A DNA stretch of 64,000 bases from Guillardia theta CCMP2712 (lineage: Eukaryota; Protista; Cryptophyta). The stretch spans positions 558,016-622,015 of the forward strand of contig NW_005434670.1 of assembly GCF_000315625.1 (NCBI RefSeq), given 5' to 3'. Every line of letters begins with the position of its first letter. Within the stretch, counting starts at the first letter, position 1. This document shows positions 48,548-62,930 of the stretch, one piece after another. Made by a program: the position numbers and the translations under genes. A model generated the notes under the pieces. The model had not been told where the DNA came from, did no database searches, and was given only the letters and a program-made list of their open reading frames with translations.

Positions 48548-50285
48548 ATGGAGCATTCGGATTCTTCAGCGACTCCATCATGTCGTTCGTCGAGGGATAC
48601 CTCCAACGCTCAGCAGCTTCGGCATGGTAGGAGGACCTGGGTCGTTGCGACGTCGCTTGCGTTCAGCGTCTGTGCAGGTCTATCACTTGAATGCGCTTGA
48701 AGCGTAATGATGTGCTAACCTGCACGTTTCATAGTTTGTTGGGTTTGGAGCGATCGAGGCGGGAGTAACAGAGGAATGTCCTTGTTGCTCTCGACAAAAA
48801 ATGTCGATAAGGCTATTAGAGAGCTTCAGAACAAGATCAACCAAGAGAAGCTTCAGAACCATGAGCTGTTCAAAGATATCGTTCAGCAAAGCGAGCAGCC
48901 CTATCAAACAAAGCATCCGCGTTCGCGGAATGAAGTCCGAAGCCCTGCTGCAAGAACACAGGGACCTGCTACCTCTCTACCTGGTATCCGTCATGCCAGC
49001 GAGCAAAAGCAAGCGGCTCTTGAGCGGATCCAGCGAATGTCGACTAGAGCCCAGTTACCCGCAGTTGGTACAAAAGATCGTTCTCCGGCCAGATCAAGTT
49101 TGAGTGCCGCTGGAAGTGGTTTTGGAAGTGGGCACATAGATGCCTGGCCAGTCCAAAGGGACACTTCGATCCAGTGGCCGAAATCAGGATCTGCTCTCTC
49201 GACGACTCCATTCCGCCTCCAGTATCCTCCTGCAGCCAGCTCAACGACTGCGACGTCGCTTACTCAGTCTCAAGCACAGCAAGCCGAAGTAGCTTTTAGA
49301 TGATGCCATGTTTCAGCTCTAATTCGTATCGCCAGGCTTCTGCCATCGCCAGGCATCAGGCGCAGGGGCAGCCTGAGATCTCCTGGCAGGTGGCTGACTC
49401 CTCAAGGCCGATACAGTGGAGTAGCAAGGGACCAAATGGCAGGATCGCTTGGCCCGGCAGCCATCAGCTCAAGGTGGCGCGTCGATGTGATGGATGAGGA
49501 GGCTGTTGTTGACCTCAAAATTCAGGCAATCGAGAGGGAAATAAGAGGGATCAAGTCTCTGATCTTGAAGAAGATCAGCTCCGGAAATCAAGTGCGTGAA
49601 ACGTTTGCATTTTTCAACATTGCCATACTCATACTTTATGCGTTGCAGCCGGTAATCCAGTCTGTCAAGCCGACGATCACGTCAGAGAAGCCCACGATCA
49701 CGTCAGAACGGCCGACCATCACGTCGGAGAAGCCGACCATCACATCGGAGAAGCCTGATTTGCAGCAAGGGCTTCAGGCCGCAAGCGACCTTGCGGTTTT
49801 GAACTCTAAGGTCGCCTTGTCTTGTCGCATGCAATGAAAGTTGCTGAATGACTCTCTTACAGCTCCAGCCTGATGGGAACATCGGCAGGTCAATCAAACT
49901 ATCATGTTAGGTGGGGTTGTTGTTTGACGTCTCATTCCACAAAAGCGTTTCCAACGCAACTGGAATTCTTTGGCCTCAACAAGGTAGAGCAAGGTTCGCC
50001 TTGAATGCAGCCCTTGACCTCGTCTGCTCAAACCTGCAGCTGAATCCATCTCTTGGCCTGCACCGAACGAGTCCACGACAGGTCTAGGAAGAGGATGTGA
50101 TTTCGAATTCAGCTGATGCTCGTCTCCGTTAGAGCCACCTCCCGCCTTCAAGGATTTGCACAAGTACGAGCAAGATGATCTGCAGTCCTGGCCTGAAATT
50201 CAGAGCTCAAACCATGTACGTGTTGTCGCCTTTCATGTCATAAGTTGATGACAACCCGATCAGATCCGTTGGCCTCAGCAGGTCG

Positions 50286-50336
<51 letters not shown>

Positions 50337-51021
50337 GACAGGAGAAAGTGGTCGAAGGTCCGGCTCAAAGTGATCTAGCGAACTCGCTTCTCACCTCTCA
50401 TTGTCATGTGCAGGCAACGCGGCAGCCGTCGTTGGGTCCGGCAAGTCACGTACGTTTCTCCCTCTCTCGTTCACCAGCCTCATCTACCCTGCAGGCGAGT
50501 ACACCTGGCCTGGGACCGTAACTTCCGAGCCCGAGGTCAAGGTGCAACCGCTCAAGGCAGGGAAGAGGCAAGTCGTGTGCTGCTGCTGCGTCCTGAGATG
50601 TTGCCCCTCCATGACTCGTGGCATCCCTTCAGAGACGTCAAGTTCGCTTCCTCGGGGCCCTCCACCACGTCGCGGGCAAGGCAGCCAACAGCCGCCGCTA
50701 GCAAGCAGCCCAAGAGCATCTGGGAGGCTGTGCATGTGAGTGAGCGGGAGAGGGAGCGAGCGAGGGACCGAGGGATGGAGATGACAGGTAGCGCAGGTGC
50801 AGTCCGTTGCTTTCTTCCTCAGCTTTGGGTTCGCATGCTTCGCCATCGGCATCTTCACAGGAGCTCGCTGGTGCCTGCCGTCGCAGTCGGAGGAGGCGAC
50901 GGTCTTGTCAGCACCTCACTCTCTGCTGCCTCTGATGCGCAACGAGCAGGACCTGCTGCACCCTCCTGCCGAGAGGCAGAACGTCTTGGAGAATGCCATT
51001 GGGAATGGTAGAGTACCCTAA
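48548..51021 (+). CDS. Multi-exon hypothetical protein with an N-terminal hydrophobic segment, a (K/R)PTITSE x4 repeat and a CAG-encoded poly-Q-like tract; may be more than one gene
   Basis: Chain of + ORFs with short GT-AG introns; 21-bp coding repeat 49667-49756; (CAG)n at ~50288-50333. Confidence 0.45.
49667..49756 (+). repeat. 4 x 21-bp coding tandem repeat ((K/R)PTITSE)
   Basis: aagccgacgatcacgtcagag-type units with mostly synonymous variation. Confidence 0.85.
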
Positions 51022-51680
51022 TCCCTCCTTCCCCCTTCCCTCTCCCGCCCTCTCCCATCCCACCTCTTCTTACCTCCACCATCTTCCTCCCATTCACCTC
51101 TCTCCACTTTCTCCTCTTTTCTTTGAATTGCTGTCCCTCCCCCGTCTCCATCCTTCTCGTCCCCGTGTCGTTGACTGTTCTTGTCCCTGAGCTCATTCCG
51201 TCTTCTTTCAGGAGGAACGCCTCTTTCCTCCTCGCGGAGACCAGAGAGTCTTCGCAGGTCGTATGTGTGAGCGCTCATAAACTCGTTTCCATCTCCGTCG
51301 CGTCCTGCCGCCTCACTCGTCTCCCACCCAAGCTTCCCTCTGACATATGATTCATCTATACTCGTTTCCCCACCAGTCCCTCCTCCTCTCCTCCTGCCCT
51401 CCCTCCTGCCCTCCGGGGAAGCTGAAGTTGGCGATGCATCCGAAGCATGTGCTGAGAGAGAAGGGAGCTGGAGAGAAGAGGGCAGGAGAGAGGGGGGAGG
51501 GAAGGAGGGCAGGAGGGAGGGCAGGAGCACCCCCCCCCGCCTTCCCGGCATCGGGATTCCTGTTTTCAGAATCCTGACAAAAAAATCAGCCAAGTAGCAG
51601 TGCTAAGGGCTATGCTGGGAGCGGGGGAACGGGAGGAGGGTAGAGGAGGAGAGGCATGAACAGCGCCCTTCGTGCTCCTG

Positions 51681-54383
51681 ATGTCCCTCTTCCTCCTCCT
51701 CTCCCTCCTCTCCCTCCTCTCCCTTGCTACCTCGCTGGGTAGCCCACCGTGCGATCGGATCATCGCAGGGCTGGAGGGACAGGACGCGGTGGCATGGGTG
51801 CGACGGTGCACGTCCCTTGAGCAGGGAGTTGTGAACTTCCTCGTGCAGGAGGGAGTGTCAGGACAGGAGCTCTGGGAGATGTCACCATGGTAGCGCATGC
51901 CCCTTGCTCTCCTCTCCCCTCACCTCCTCTCCTCCTGTCTCACTTGCAGTGCCAGGGAACTTGAGGACATGATGAGCCTTGCCCCTCCTGCAACAGAGAG
52001 GCTCTACCAGGAGCTGCATGGCGGGGCCGACGGCATTCCCAGCACCAGGAGCTTCTTCCTGGAGGACATCGGGGAGGTTGCCTTGCGCATCCTCGAGCCA
52101 CAGCAAGGGAAGGTGTACGTCAAGTCGGAGGAGGACAACGACAGGGGAGGGATAGTGTCGGAGGAGGGGAAGCTGATTGTTGTCTTCGAGCTTGTGTGCG
52201 CGAGCAAGGTTCCCTTCAGCATGCGGTTCAACGCGCAGTGGCAGGCGAACGAGCACTTCCACGAGCTCTCCGTGTCCAGCTCCTGCTCCAGCAACGAGCA
52301 TCAGAAGTACAACTACCTGGCGATGCCCAACGCCTGGTCGCTGCTGCGCAAGGGGCAGAACACGTTCGGGCTGTGGCTTGAGCTGGAGGGAAGCGAAAAG
52401 TTCATGGAGGAGGTCGTTGACTTCTACGTCTTCTCTTGCCCGCAGCAGAGACGAGGATGCAAAGAGCATGCCTTCCTGAAGGGGACAGTAGGAGGCCGGA
52501 TAGGAGGAGGAGGAGGAGGAGGAGGAAGAGGAGGAAGAGGAGGAGGAGAATCAGCATCAGTCGTGGTGAATGAAGCAGGGGAAGAGGAAGGGGAAACAGT
52601 CTCGGGGAGCATGGGGAGCAGACTGGCGGGCGTGTGGGACGGCAGAGTTTGCGAGCTGATCTCCTCCTTCAGCGGGGGGGCGATTGAATTTCAGCTCACG
52701 GTCATCGAGAGGTTTGTCTTCTTCTTCCTCCTTCTCTTCTTCCTCCTTCCCTTCTTCCCCCTCCTCCCCCTCCTCCCCCTCCCCCTCCCCCTCCCCCTCC
52801 TCCTCCCCTCTCCTCCTCCGCGTCTTCCTCCTCTTCCTCTTCCCCTCCCGCCCCCCCGCGGCCCCGCCAGCTCCCTCCTTCTCGTGTAGGCTGACAGGGA
52901 TAACGCACTTACCATCAGGTATCAGTTCGGCTGCTCCTACCAAGTTCGTTTCCTCCTCCCCGACTCCAGCGGGAACCACCAGGACCGCTGGAGATCTCCT
53001 GGCCGAGTCGGTAAGAGTTGACGCCCTGCCCCTATCACCTGCTCCCTCTACACCTGTCCTACCAGTCCCCTCCCGCGTTCTNNNNNNNNNNNNNNNNNNN
53101 NNNNNNNNNNNNNNNNNNNNNNNNNNNNNNNNNNNNNNNNNNNNNNNNNNNNNNNNNNNNNNNNNNNNNNNNNNNNNNNNNCCTCCGTACTCCACTCCCA
53201 CTTTACCCTACCCCCTCCTCTCTCCCTCTCTCCCTCTCTATGTATCCATCCATCTACCTATCTCCCCTTCCTCTGTCACACCACCACTTCCGAGGCTCCT
53301 CTTTCTCAGACTCTCTTACACCTCCACCAGACGTGCAGGACAGGCATCACATCGAGGACAACGGCAGGCGCTCGCGGCTCCTCCGCCTCTCCTTCCGCTT
53401 GCCGGCGTGTCTGCAGCAAGACCGCATCCTCGTCCAGCTCGTCTCATCTTCCTGCTCGCCTCCCATCGAGTGGTGGGGAGCAAGAGTTTGGGACCTTGGG
53501 GGACCCCAGCAGGAGCTCAGCTGGCCATGGCGACACGGATGGGCAGGGGAGGCGATCACGCCGGGGAGGACGGTGGCGAAGTTCAGGGTGGAGATGGATA
53601 AGTTTGGAGACGGAGCGAAGAGGAGAGGTGAGGAGCAGGAGCAGGCGGGGGTGAGGGTGAGGGGCAGGAGGAGCGGAATGCGCCTAGAAGGGAGAGGGAG
53701 GGGGGATATGGTGGTGAAGGTCTTGATTGGTTCATTCATAGGAAGTTGCGGCAGCCAGCAGTTTCTAGTTTCTGCCTGCAATCGAACAGACTCCTCCTCC
53801 TCCTCCTCCTCCTCCTCCTCCTCCTCCTCCTCCTCCTCCTCCTCCTCCTCCCCCTCCCCCTCCCCCCTGCCCTCTCATCTGGTTTCTGCGCAATCCTCCA
53901 GCTCTTGCTCATGCCCGTCTCCGTCTACAACCTCCCCTCCCACTCCTTCCCCTTCCTCCAGCCGCTGGGGGATCGGAATCAAGAAGTCGCATGTCAGTCG
54001 ACAGCAGACGTTCTTGCTACTGCTGATTTGCACCCCAGGAGCGTTTCCTCATCTCAAAAGTCGTCGAGGGTTCTCCGGCCGACTTGTCTGGTCTCGTCCA
54101 CCAAGGTTGTGGCCTCCTCCTGTTATGACGATCCTTTCCTTGTTTTCCCGTTCACATCCTGCCGAAGAAAATTCCCTTGTCTCATTTCCTCCCCTCCCCC
54201 TCCTCATACTGACCCTCCTCTTCCCCTCCCCCTGCTGACCCTTCTTCGAACCCCTCTGCTCTCCTCTCCTTCCTTTCCTTCCTCTGCTCATTCTCCCGTC
54301 ATGCAGGCGACATCTTGATCTCCATCAACCATGTCGAAGTGGGAGGCAAGGGGCTGCAGGAGGTGACGCCACTGAGAGCAGGG

Positions 54384-54418
<35 letters not shown>

Positions 54419-54431
54419 GGCAGGGGCAGGG

Positions 54432-54473
<42 letters not shown>

Positions 54474-54640
54474 AGAGGAGGACAGGGGGGAAAGTGGAGG
54501 AGCAGGAGGAGACGGAGGAGGATAGGCTCTGACCCTCCTCCAGGTGATCGCCGTCTTTCAGTCCTGCCCTGTCCGGCTGGTCGAGGGCCCAGCAGAAGCC
54601 CAGCAGCAGATTCTGATGCTCTCACTTCGATCTCCTCGTG
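51681..54640 (+). CDS. Hypothetical secreted protein; multi-exon, spans an N gap, 3' end uncertain
   Basis: Signal-peptide-like MSLFLLLSLLSLLSLATSLG, followed by coding-like exons 51950-52710 and ~53340-53780. Confidence 0.45.
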
Positions 54641-54790
54641 ACGGGAGCGTTCGGCATGTCGAGCTTGCGATGTGACGCGACGGGAAGCTGGTGACGTCAC
54701 CGCCATCGTCTTCTGCCTCCCTTCCTCTCCATCTCACTCCCTCTCCTCCCCGCCCTTCTCGCCTCCTCCTCCTCGTTTTTCTCCTCCTGC

Positions 54791-54846
54791 TCATCATCAT
54801 CATCACCACCACCACCACCACCACTACCATCATCATCGCCATCGCT

Positions 54847-54913
<67 letters not shown>

Positions 54914-54978
54914 ACAACAACATCATCATCATCATCAACAACAACATCATCATCATCAACAACAACATCATCATCATC
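54791..54978 (+). repeat. Compound (CAT/CAC/CAA)n microsatellite
   Basis: Long catcatcat... run, directly visible. Confidence 0.9.
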
Positions 54979-55343
54979 TTTGTCTTCCTCGCATGCTTTC
55001 TATCCTCATCCTCATCTTACTCCTTCTGCTGTGTTCTCCTCGCTCCTCTCCCCTTTATTCTTCTCGTTTTCCTCATCCTCGTTCTGTGCAGCTTCTGCTA
55101 CATCCTGTTCCTTCATTCCATTCCTCTCCCTGCAACCCTCCTGTACATTCCCACAGCTTTTCCCTCACTATGCACCCTTTCATCCTCATCTTGTCTCAAC
55201 ACAACAACACTGCTGTGTCCTCCATACCAACACGCATGCAAACTTTGTTTTCGTCTTGTTATTCTTTTATTCATCTTCTCCTCCCTTACTGATCTCAATG
55301 AATTCTATCTACATCCTCCCTCCCCTACTCTACAAACTTCACA

Positions 55344-56808
55344 TCAGGTCTGAGATTCTCGGCCGCCGCCTCGCGGCATGCGGCCCGGCGGTTGCTGGCC
55401 TGATGTGCGGGGCTGCTGCACGAGGAGCTGCAGGGTTGCCGAAAGAAACCTGAGGAAGAGATGAGGAGGAGAAGGAGGAGAGAGGAGAAGGAGGAGAGAG
55501 GAGGAGCGTCGAGACGATGGAGCAGGGTAAGAAAGGACGAGGAGGAGAAACGTGGAGAAGACGATGGAGGGCAAGAGAGGAGGAGGAGAACGAGAATGAA
55601 GGCAGCAAGAGCAGGTGAGTGCGTCTGGCGGGCAGGAACACCTTCGAGTCCCCAGCCAGACTTGCGCTGCTGCCTTGCTCTGAGTAAGGCGCGAGGTTGC
55701 GATCAGGAGCGAAGTTGCGGTTGGCCTGCCCGCAGCAGGTGAGAGAAGCGAAAGAAATTTAGAAAAGGGAAGGACACAAGAACAAAACAAAAGCATATCA
55801 CAACACTGCACTGCACTCAGAAGGAAGAGCAGAAAAGAACCGGAAAGGAAAGGAAAGGAAAGGAAAGGAAAGGAAAGAATCGGAAGAGAGAAAGCAGAAC
55901 AACACAGTGCTAGAACATTGAAGAAAGAGACCTCTGCCACGTTGGTCGATATCATCATCATCTGCTCGCTGATCGCCGTCTTGATGTTGTCGAACTGAGA
56001 AGGCTGCTCGCTCTCGTCTGGTGTGAAACTCAATACAAGAGGACAAGGACGAAAGCAGGAGAAGGAGTTGAAGGAGGGAAAGGAGAAGCAGGGGGTGCAT
56101 GGCGAGGGAAAGTAGAAAGAGCAGGATCAGAGGGGCAGAGGAACAGGAGGAGCAGCAGGAGCAGGAGCAGGAGCAGAAACATGGTCAAAGCAATTCCTCC
56201 TACTCCCCTTCTGAATCCTCTTTCTACCTTCCTCCTCTTGCTGCTTCATTACTCCTCTCCCTCCCCTCCCACCACATCCCCTGCTCCAAGGAAAATCATT
56301 TCCACCTGTAATCACTCCAAGATCGTTCCATTCAGCTTCTGAGATCTGATCTGTTCGCGCCGAGCCTAAACGAACTTGTCAACTCCACATGGCACGTCGA
56401 GTATCGACAAGCATATGAAGAGCGTGGTGAAGAAAAAGATCCGCAACATCAATATCCGCTAAAGCAGAGCAGCAACAACTCTGATTGCATCCTCTGCATC
56501 GTCATCTTGTCATCACAGTCACAGCCACAATCACAATCACCAGCAGCAGCAGCATCAGATGACTTGAACAACAACATGCTCGTCACAACAAGTTCACCTT
56601 CTTGGCTCTGGAGCTTGTCCGTCTTCTCGTTCAACTTTCCCGCCCTCAGCACGACGGCAGAAGGTCGGGCGAGCAGGTGAGAACGAGAGGAGAAGGCAGG
56701 AGCAGAGATCGGTCGGGTGATCTTATGCACCAGGTTGGAAAGCAAGATGCCAGGTCGTGTACGCCGTTCTGTGAGCCTGGGAACAAAACGACTCAACACC
56801 CTCGTCGA

Positions 56809-56853
<45 letters not shown>

Positions 56854-59117
56854 CGTCTTCCTTACGAGTCGGTAACAAATTGGCTGCGTGTCGGCCGATC
56901 CCTTGCGGTCTGGCAGCGAGTGTACATGAGCTTGCTCTCGCTTGCCCCCTCTCCTGCAGAGAACAACAATCAATGAGCAGGAGGAGCAGGAGCAGGAGTG
57001 GAAGCAGGAGCAGGAGCAGGAGCAGGAGAAGCAAGAATAGGAGTAGGAGGAGCAAGAGGAAGAGGGGCAGGAGGGTCAGACCGCGCGTCTTCGTGTCTTC
57101 CTGCAGGAGCTTGTGGGGCTGTAAGAGATCACCTTCGCTCGCTGTCATCCTGACCAAGATCGACTTCAATCACATATCGAGACGAGAGACAAGAAGCCCC
57201 TTCCTTTCCCTCCCATTTCTTCCTCTCCCTCCTTGCCATGCGCTTACTCGCTTCTCTTCCCTTTTCTTCCCCTCCTCTCCCCTCTTCCCTTCCCTGCCCT
57301 GCCCTGCCCTTGCCCTTGCCCTGCCCTGCCCTGCCCTGCCATGCTCTTCTTCCCCCTCCCCGCAGCCTCTCCGACCTCGTGACTCGCCGGTCGATGAACT
57401 GCCGCACTGATATGGGACGGGGATGCTCCTCCTCCGCCTTCTCTCTCCCCCTCATCATCCTCTCCAGGTTCAGTTGTAACCTCGGCACCATCCTCGTCCC
57501 GCTCCTCGAGTATCGGTTGTCGCCATCCAGCCTCACTCCGCTGCCCCATCCCCGCGAGAAAGCTGGGAAATGTTGAGTACGCGCGCAGAGAGGAAGAGAA
57601 GAAAGAGGATGACCAGGACCGAGGCGAGGATGAAGCGGCAGAGGAGAGGAAGAGGCAGAGGAAGTGGAAGAGGAGGAGAAAGGGACGAGGCAGAGGAAGA
57701 GGACGAGGACGAGGGAAGCAATAGTCGGCACAGAATGCTAAGAGGAGAGGAACGGAGGAGAGTAGACGATGGGAATCGAAGATCACCTGGTGCTCGTGGG
57801 GTGCCGGACTCTTGCTGCTCTCTTTTCCTTCTGCTCTCTACGACCTTGCCGGGACATGAATCAGCACGGGGAAGAGGGCAGGAGCAAGATAGGAGCAGGA
57901 GACGAAGAGAAAACAAAGATTCTACCTCCTTGCTGTTTGTTAGCTTCTCCACTTCTGCAATCAGACATCAGTTTTCAGCTGTTCGCCACGTCTACTTCTC
58001 TTACGATCTGCCGATCCTCTCCTGGATGAAATGGCAGCCTCCCCCACCGCAACCTCCTCTGCAATCTTCTCTTTCCTCTCTCCCTCGCTTCCCTGCTGCA
58101 TGAAACCTTGAAGCTTTTCCCTCAGCTCCTCCGGAACAACTTTGATCATGCTCGCTATCAGCTCTTCCACCTGAACCAGCACGTCAGCGCCCGGACGAAA
58201 GGAAGCTGAGCAAGAAGCAGAGTCTACTCGGAGCATATGGGGGAAAGGGCACAACATGGAGACCAGAGAGCAACGGGCAGGGAGTGAGAACACGGGGGGA
58301 TGCAGGAGGGGTCCACCGTGGGTCGATCCGAGGGGTCCTTGAGGAGCATGGAGCGTATCAGGTCCCTCATAGATCTCGAGTATGACCCCGGCAGCGCCCT
58401 CGGCTCCTCGTGCAAGATGCTCTCCCCCAGCACGTAGATGTTCTCCCCAACAAACGGCCCCCTCAGCGCGCTGAGCGTGTACATGAGCACCCCCAGCGCC
58501 CACACGTCTGCCTTGAAGTGGTAAGGCTGGCGCCTGATCAGCTCCGGCGCCAGGTACAGAGGGGTCCCGACCCTCGACTCCGCCATCTCCTCCTCCCCCT
58601 GCAGCACCCTGGAGACCCCGAGGTCCCCGAGCTTGATAGTGTTGTTGTGGTCGAGGAACACGTTTACAATCTTGATGTCCCTGTGAATGATTCTGTTGCT
58701 GTGCAGGTGGTGGAGGGCCAGGGAGAGCTCGCACAAGACCCTCCACAGGAACTGCTCTGGGATGTGGAGCTTCCGCAGCTTGTGGTCCTCGTAGATCTTT
58801 CCCAGGTCTCCCTTGGCTGCGAACTCCATGATGATGTAGAGAGAGTGCTTCTCCATGAAGGAGGTGATATACCCGATGATGTGCGGGTGCTTCATGCTCT
58901 TAAGCATCGACACTTCCGACATGACCTCCTTCTGCCGCTGAGAGGACAGGTGGCCGCACTTCACCTTCTTCATGCAGTATATGCAGCCGTCTCGGTTCGA
59001 ACGCACTTTGTTAACCACGCCGTAGGTGCCTCTACCCACCTCTGACACGATCTCAAAGTCACTAAGGGACGACCCAGGGCTAGAGCTTCCACCAGGGGGG
59101 TCTGAATCATTCTCCAT
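55344..59117 (-). CDS. NIMA-related (NEK) Ser/Thr kinase with a long multi-exon C-terminal tail; 3' end approximate
   Basis: FEIVSEVGRGTYGVV, YCMKK, EVSMLKSMKHPHII, IIMEFAAKGDL, HRDIKIVNVFL, KLGDLGVSRVL, VGTPLYLAPE, KADVWALG. GT-AG splices continue the frame beyond 57950. Confidence 0.88.
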
Positions 59118-59826
59118 TTCTGCACTTGACGCGGAGGAAGTCCAAGATACAGAAGCAGGGCCGCGCAAGTGAGTATTGCTGGACTTGCACCAACCACACG
59201 ACTATCTCAGGGTCTTGCAGCTCGTGCGAATCAGTGGAGGAAGAGGGAGAATATCACGCAGAGTCCCATCCTTCTCGTCAAGTCCGCAACGGCAGAGGCG
59301 CGAGAGGCCCAGAGCAAGCGCTGTTGACTGTCAAGACAGAATTGAACTGAGCAGGCCGATGCCGCTCCTGCGCTTCCCTTGGGCCTCGAGATCAACTTCC
59401 TGCTAAGGGACGACTGTACGCCATGATCGCTCACTTGCCGTGCCGCCACCTCCGTCGACTCTCTCCCGCTATCGTCATCTCCCGTCCATCGTCAGCACCA
59501 TTTCAGGGTCGATGTCCCCAAAACTTCAAACCTCTGAAAACATATCCAAGCAAAAGTTGAAATTAAGACTACAGTAAAGTTGGATTTCGAACTTCAATAT
59601 TCACAAATAGTCAAATTCCCTTTTACAAGTGGTCAAAATATTTTTTACAATTTCGAAAGAATGGCCGGCAGGTGGGCCGCGGCCGGTGGCGGGAATGGCG
59701 AGAGGGAGAGGATGGAGGAGAGGAGGCCAGGAGGAGAGTTAGGTCGCAGCTCTCAGTGACGATGCTTGAACTTGCCCTGGTCCCTCCCTACCGTGCTGAG
59801 CTCCTGCAAGGGAAGTGTTGAAGAGG

Positions 59827-62715
59827 ATGAAGAAGGGTGCCACACCCAAGTCAAGGTCGAAAGTTGAAACTTCAACGAGGATCAGGACCGGGAAGGTCGT
59901 CAGCCCCAAGACATCAGAGGACAGCCTGCATGACATGTCCTCCCGTACTCCCAAGTCAAGATCCTCCAACACGGTGCGGATCTCAGCGCGAACGCCGACC
60001 GTGGCAACGGTCGGGCGAACCAGGTCACCCAGGTCCTCCTCCTCGCTCAGCCAACGGAACGCGGGCATGTCGCCCATCTCGTCGAGCGCGTCTCCTCTCT
60101 TTAGCCCCAAGAGCCCTCACTCTCGCTCCAACGACTCCACCCTCCTCCAGCTCCAGCTCGAGAACGAGCTGCTCATGACCAGGGCGGAGGCGGCAGAGAG
60201 GAGGTCGGAGCTGCTGAGCACGGAGGTGGACAGGCTCAACGACTGCATGCTGCAGACGCAAAGAGCATGCGAGGAGGCGCAGGTGCAGGTGGAGCAGCTG
60301 AGGAAGCAGGAGGCGGAGGCGAGGAACGAGCTCGATAACCTTGACCGGGAGTACAGGGACTGCGCGTACCACCTCAAGAGCCTTACGGAGAAGAACGCGG
60401 ATCTTATCAAGGCGCTGCAGGAGGAATCGAGAACAAGAGCGAAGATTGAGGCAGCGAGCAAGCGGCTAGCGGCAGAGAACGAGACGCTGAGGAGCAGGGC
60501 GGACAAGCTCAACATCGAGGTCGCAAGGGAGTCGACCGAGCGGAAAAGCAGCACGAGCATCGTCAAGGACCTGCAGAAGGAGACGGAGAGGCTGAGGGAG
60601 GAGCTGAACAGCGTCAGGATCGATCACAAGCTGCTGCTGGAGAAGAAGGCGAGCGGCGAGCTGCAGCTGCAGGAGAGGATCCAATCTCTCGACTCGCAGA
60701 GCCGTTCGTACCAGGATGAGCTTGCTGCCTGCAAGCAGAGGCTGGCAGCGATAGAGCATGAGGGGATAGAGAAGGTGAGACTGGGGAATGTGGCGGAGGA
60801 GAAGAAGGATGGAGGGGGGGGAGGGGGGTTCTGACTGCTGCTATGTGCCGAGCAGGATCGAGCAAACCGAGAGCTGAAGACCATGCTGCACGAGCAGGGG
60901 GAGAAGCTCAAGGCAGTGCAGGATCAGGTGACCATCAACAACGACTACACGGAGAAGTTGGAGGAGGAGGTGAAGAAGAAACAGGAGAGGCTCTCGACTG
61001 CTGCTGAGGTTTGTGCCTCGTTTCCCCTGTATCTATCGATCTCCCTCCCTCCCTCCTCTCCCCCCCCCCCCCCCCTCCCTGCTTCCTCTTCCTCACTGCT
61101 CCTCCCACAATTTCCCCTTCTCCCCCCTGCTCCCCCTGAGCGCAGCGTCAGAACGAGAAGCGGCTGCAGCTGAAGATCAAACATCTCGAGGAGCTCGGGC
61201 AGTCGGGGGAGAATCACGTGAAGGAGGTGGTGAAGAGAATGGACAATGAAATCTCACAGGTATGAGTGGGATGGGATCAGGAGGAGGTGGTGGTGGTGGT
61301 CGTAGTTGTGTGTGGAGGAGGAAGGGGTTCGGGCAAAAGGAGGAGGAGGAGGTGGTGGTGGTGGAGGAGGTGGTGGTGGTGGTGGAGACGGAGGTTTTAG
61401 TTTTGGAGGAGAGGGGTGGGTGGGATGGAGATTGATTGGGGGGTTGAGGGTCAGAGCTCACTGGCTGGTCCAGCTGCGGTCAGAGCTGGGGAAGGAGCAG
61501 GCGGAGAGCAGCAGGCTGACAGAGAGACTGATCCACGTGAGGTTGTGCTGGGGGAGAGCTGGCCTCTGACTTGTTCGAAGTTTGAGAGGAAGGCGGAGGA
61601 CGCGGACAGGGTGATCGCCGAGCTGGAGAAGGAGGTGCTGTGGAGGAGGGGGGGGGGAGAGGCAGTTAGTGAGCTAGTCGTGCTGGGTCGCAGGTGGCGG
61701 CCGTGTGGGATGCGAAGGAGAGAGGAAGCAAGTCGCTGCTGTCCAACCAGGACGCGCTGCTGGCTCTGCAGCAGGAGGTTGACACGCTGAATGACACGCT
61801 GCGGGAGCAGCGATCGGCGAACAAACAGGAAAGAGGCTAGAGGAGGTGGTGGTGGAGGATGGTAGAAGCAGGAAGAAGGGAGGAGGAGGAGGAGGAGGAG
61901 GAGGAGGGCGAGGGCGAGGAAGTAATGGCAGGGCAGGTGCTGAAGGAGAACAGGAGCATCATGTTTGAACTGCGGACGCTGGAAGAAAGGAACGCCTCCT
62001 TGCTCAAGGTTGGGGGAAGGGGGGAGGGGAAGGGGAGAGAACTCACCTTGTGCAGATGCTCGGGGGGGAGGAGGAGCGAGCGACTGAGAGCGAGAAGCAG
62101 ATAGATGTCATCCGGGTGAGTGGCGAGCAAGGGGGAGGGAAGGCGGAGGGATCCAAGAGGAGAGAAGGGGAGGAAGAGATCTGGGCACAGAGTAAACAGC
62201 AACTGCAAGGGGATAGCGGGCGAGCAGAGAGAGAGAGGAGGCAGGAGGGGGGGCCGCACTGAGAGGATGAGCAGAGGGAAAACTCGGAGCTCAGCTCGAC
62301 CTTGTCGCTCAAGGAGAAGGAGATCTCGGACATGTCAAGGACCTTGACTGAGGCTCAAGGGGAGCTCGCGAAGGTAACGAGGAGGCAGGAGGGGAAGATG
62401 GTGGTGGCAGGGAGGAGGAAGTGGGAGGGGGGGGGGTAGAATTGGGACGGTGGAAGAGGGGGGAGGGGGGAGGTTGCTGACAGCAAGAGGAGGAGATTGT
62501 AGAAGGGAGCAGGAGAGGTCACGGTGGGGGCGCAGGTTTCGATGAGGATGCAAGCTGAGGCCAACGAGGCGGCAAGGCTGAAGACAGAAGTTGAAGCGCT
62601 ACAATACAAAGTGGTGGGTCCGGTCGAGAAAGAGAAGGGGGGGGGGGGGGGGGGAGGAAGAGAGGAGGGAGAGGGATTGAGGTGTGGGACAAAGCGTCGG
62701 GAGCACAACCATTGA
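59827..62715 (+). CDS. Long coiled-coil protein with a Ser/Arg/Pro-rich N-terminus; multi-exon
   Basis: 339-aa ORF of heptad-like E/K/L/R/Q composition, followed by short coiled-coil exons. Confidence 0.65.
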
Positions 62716-62930
62716 AGATCTGTCGAGCAAGCTAGACAAACAAACGCGGTGAAAAGGAGGAGGAGGTCGGGTACTGGGCGGAGGACTGTAGCTCAGAGCA
62801 CGAGGGCAGGTCCATCATCATAAGGGGAAGGCGACCAGCGTGTGCTCGAGACTTCCTGCTGACTCCGGCAGGTGCGCGGAAGCTTCTTGCTCTGTCCTCG
62901 CCCTTCCCATCCTCGGACCTCAGTCACACC

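Noticed and set aside
54558-55353. Poly-His/Met/Ile ORFs and other homopolymeric ORFs (poly-Pro, Arg, Leu, Ala, Cys)
   Set aside because: Translations of intronic or intergenic microsatellites (CAT, CCT, GCA, GGAGA).
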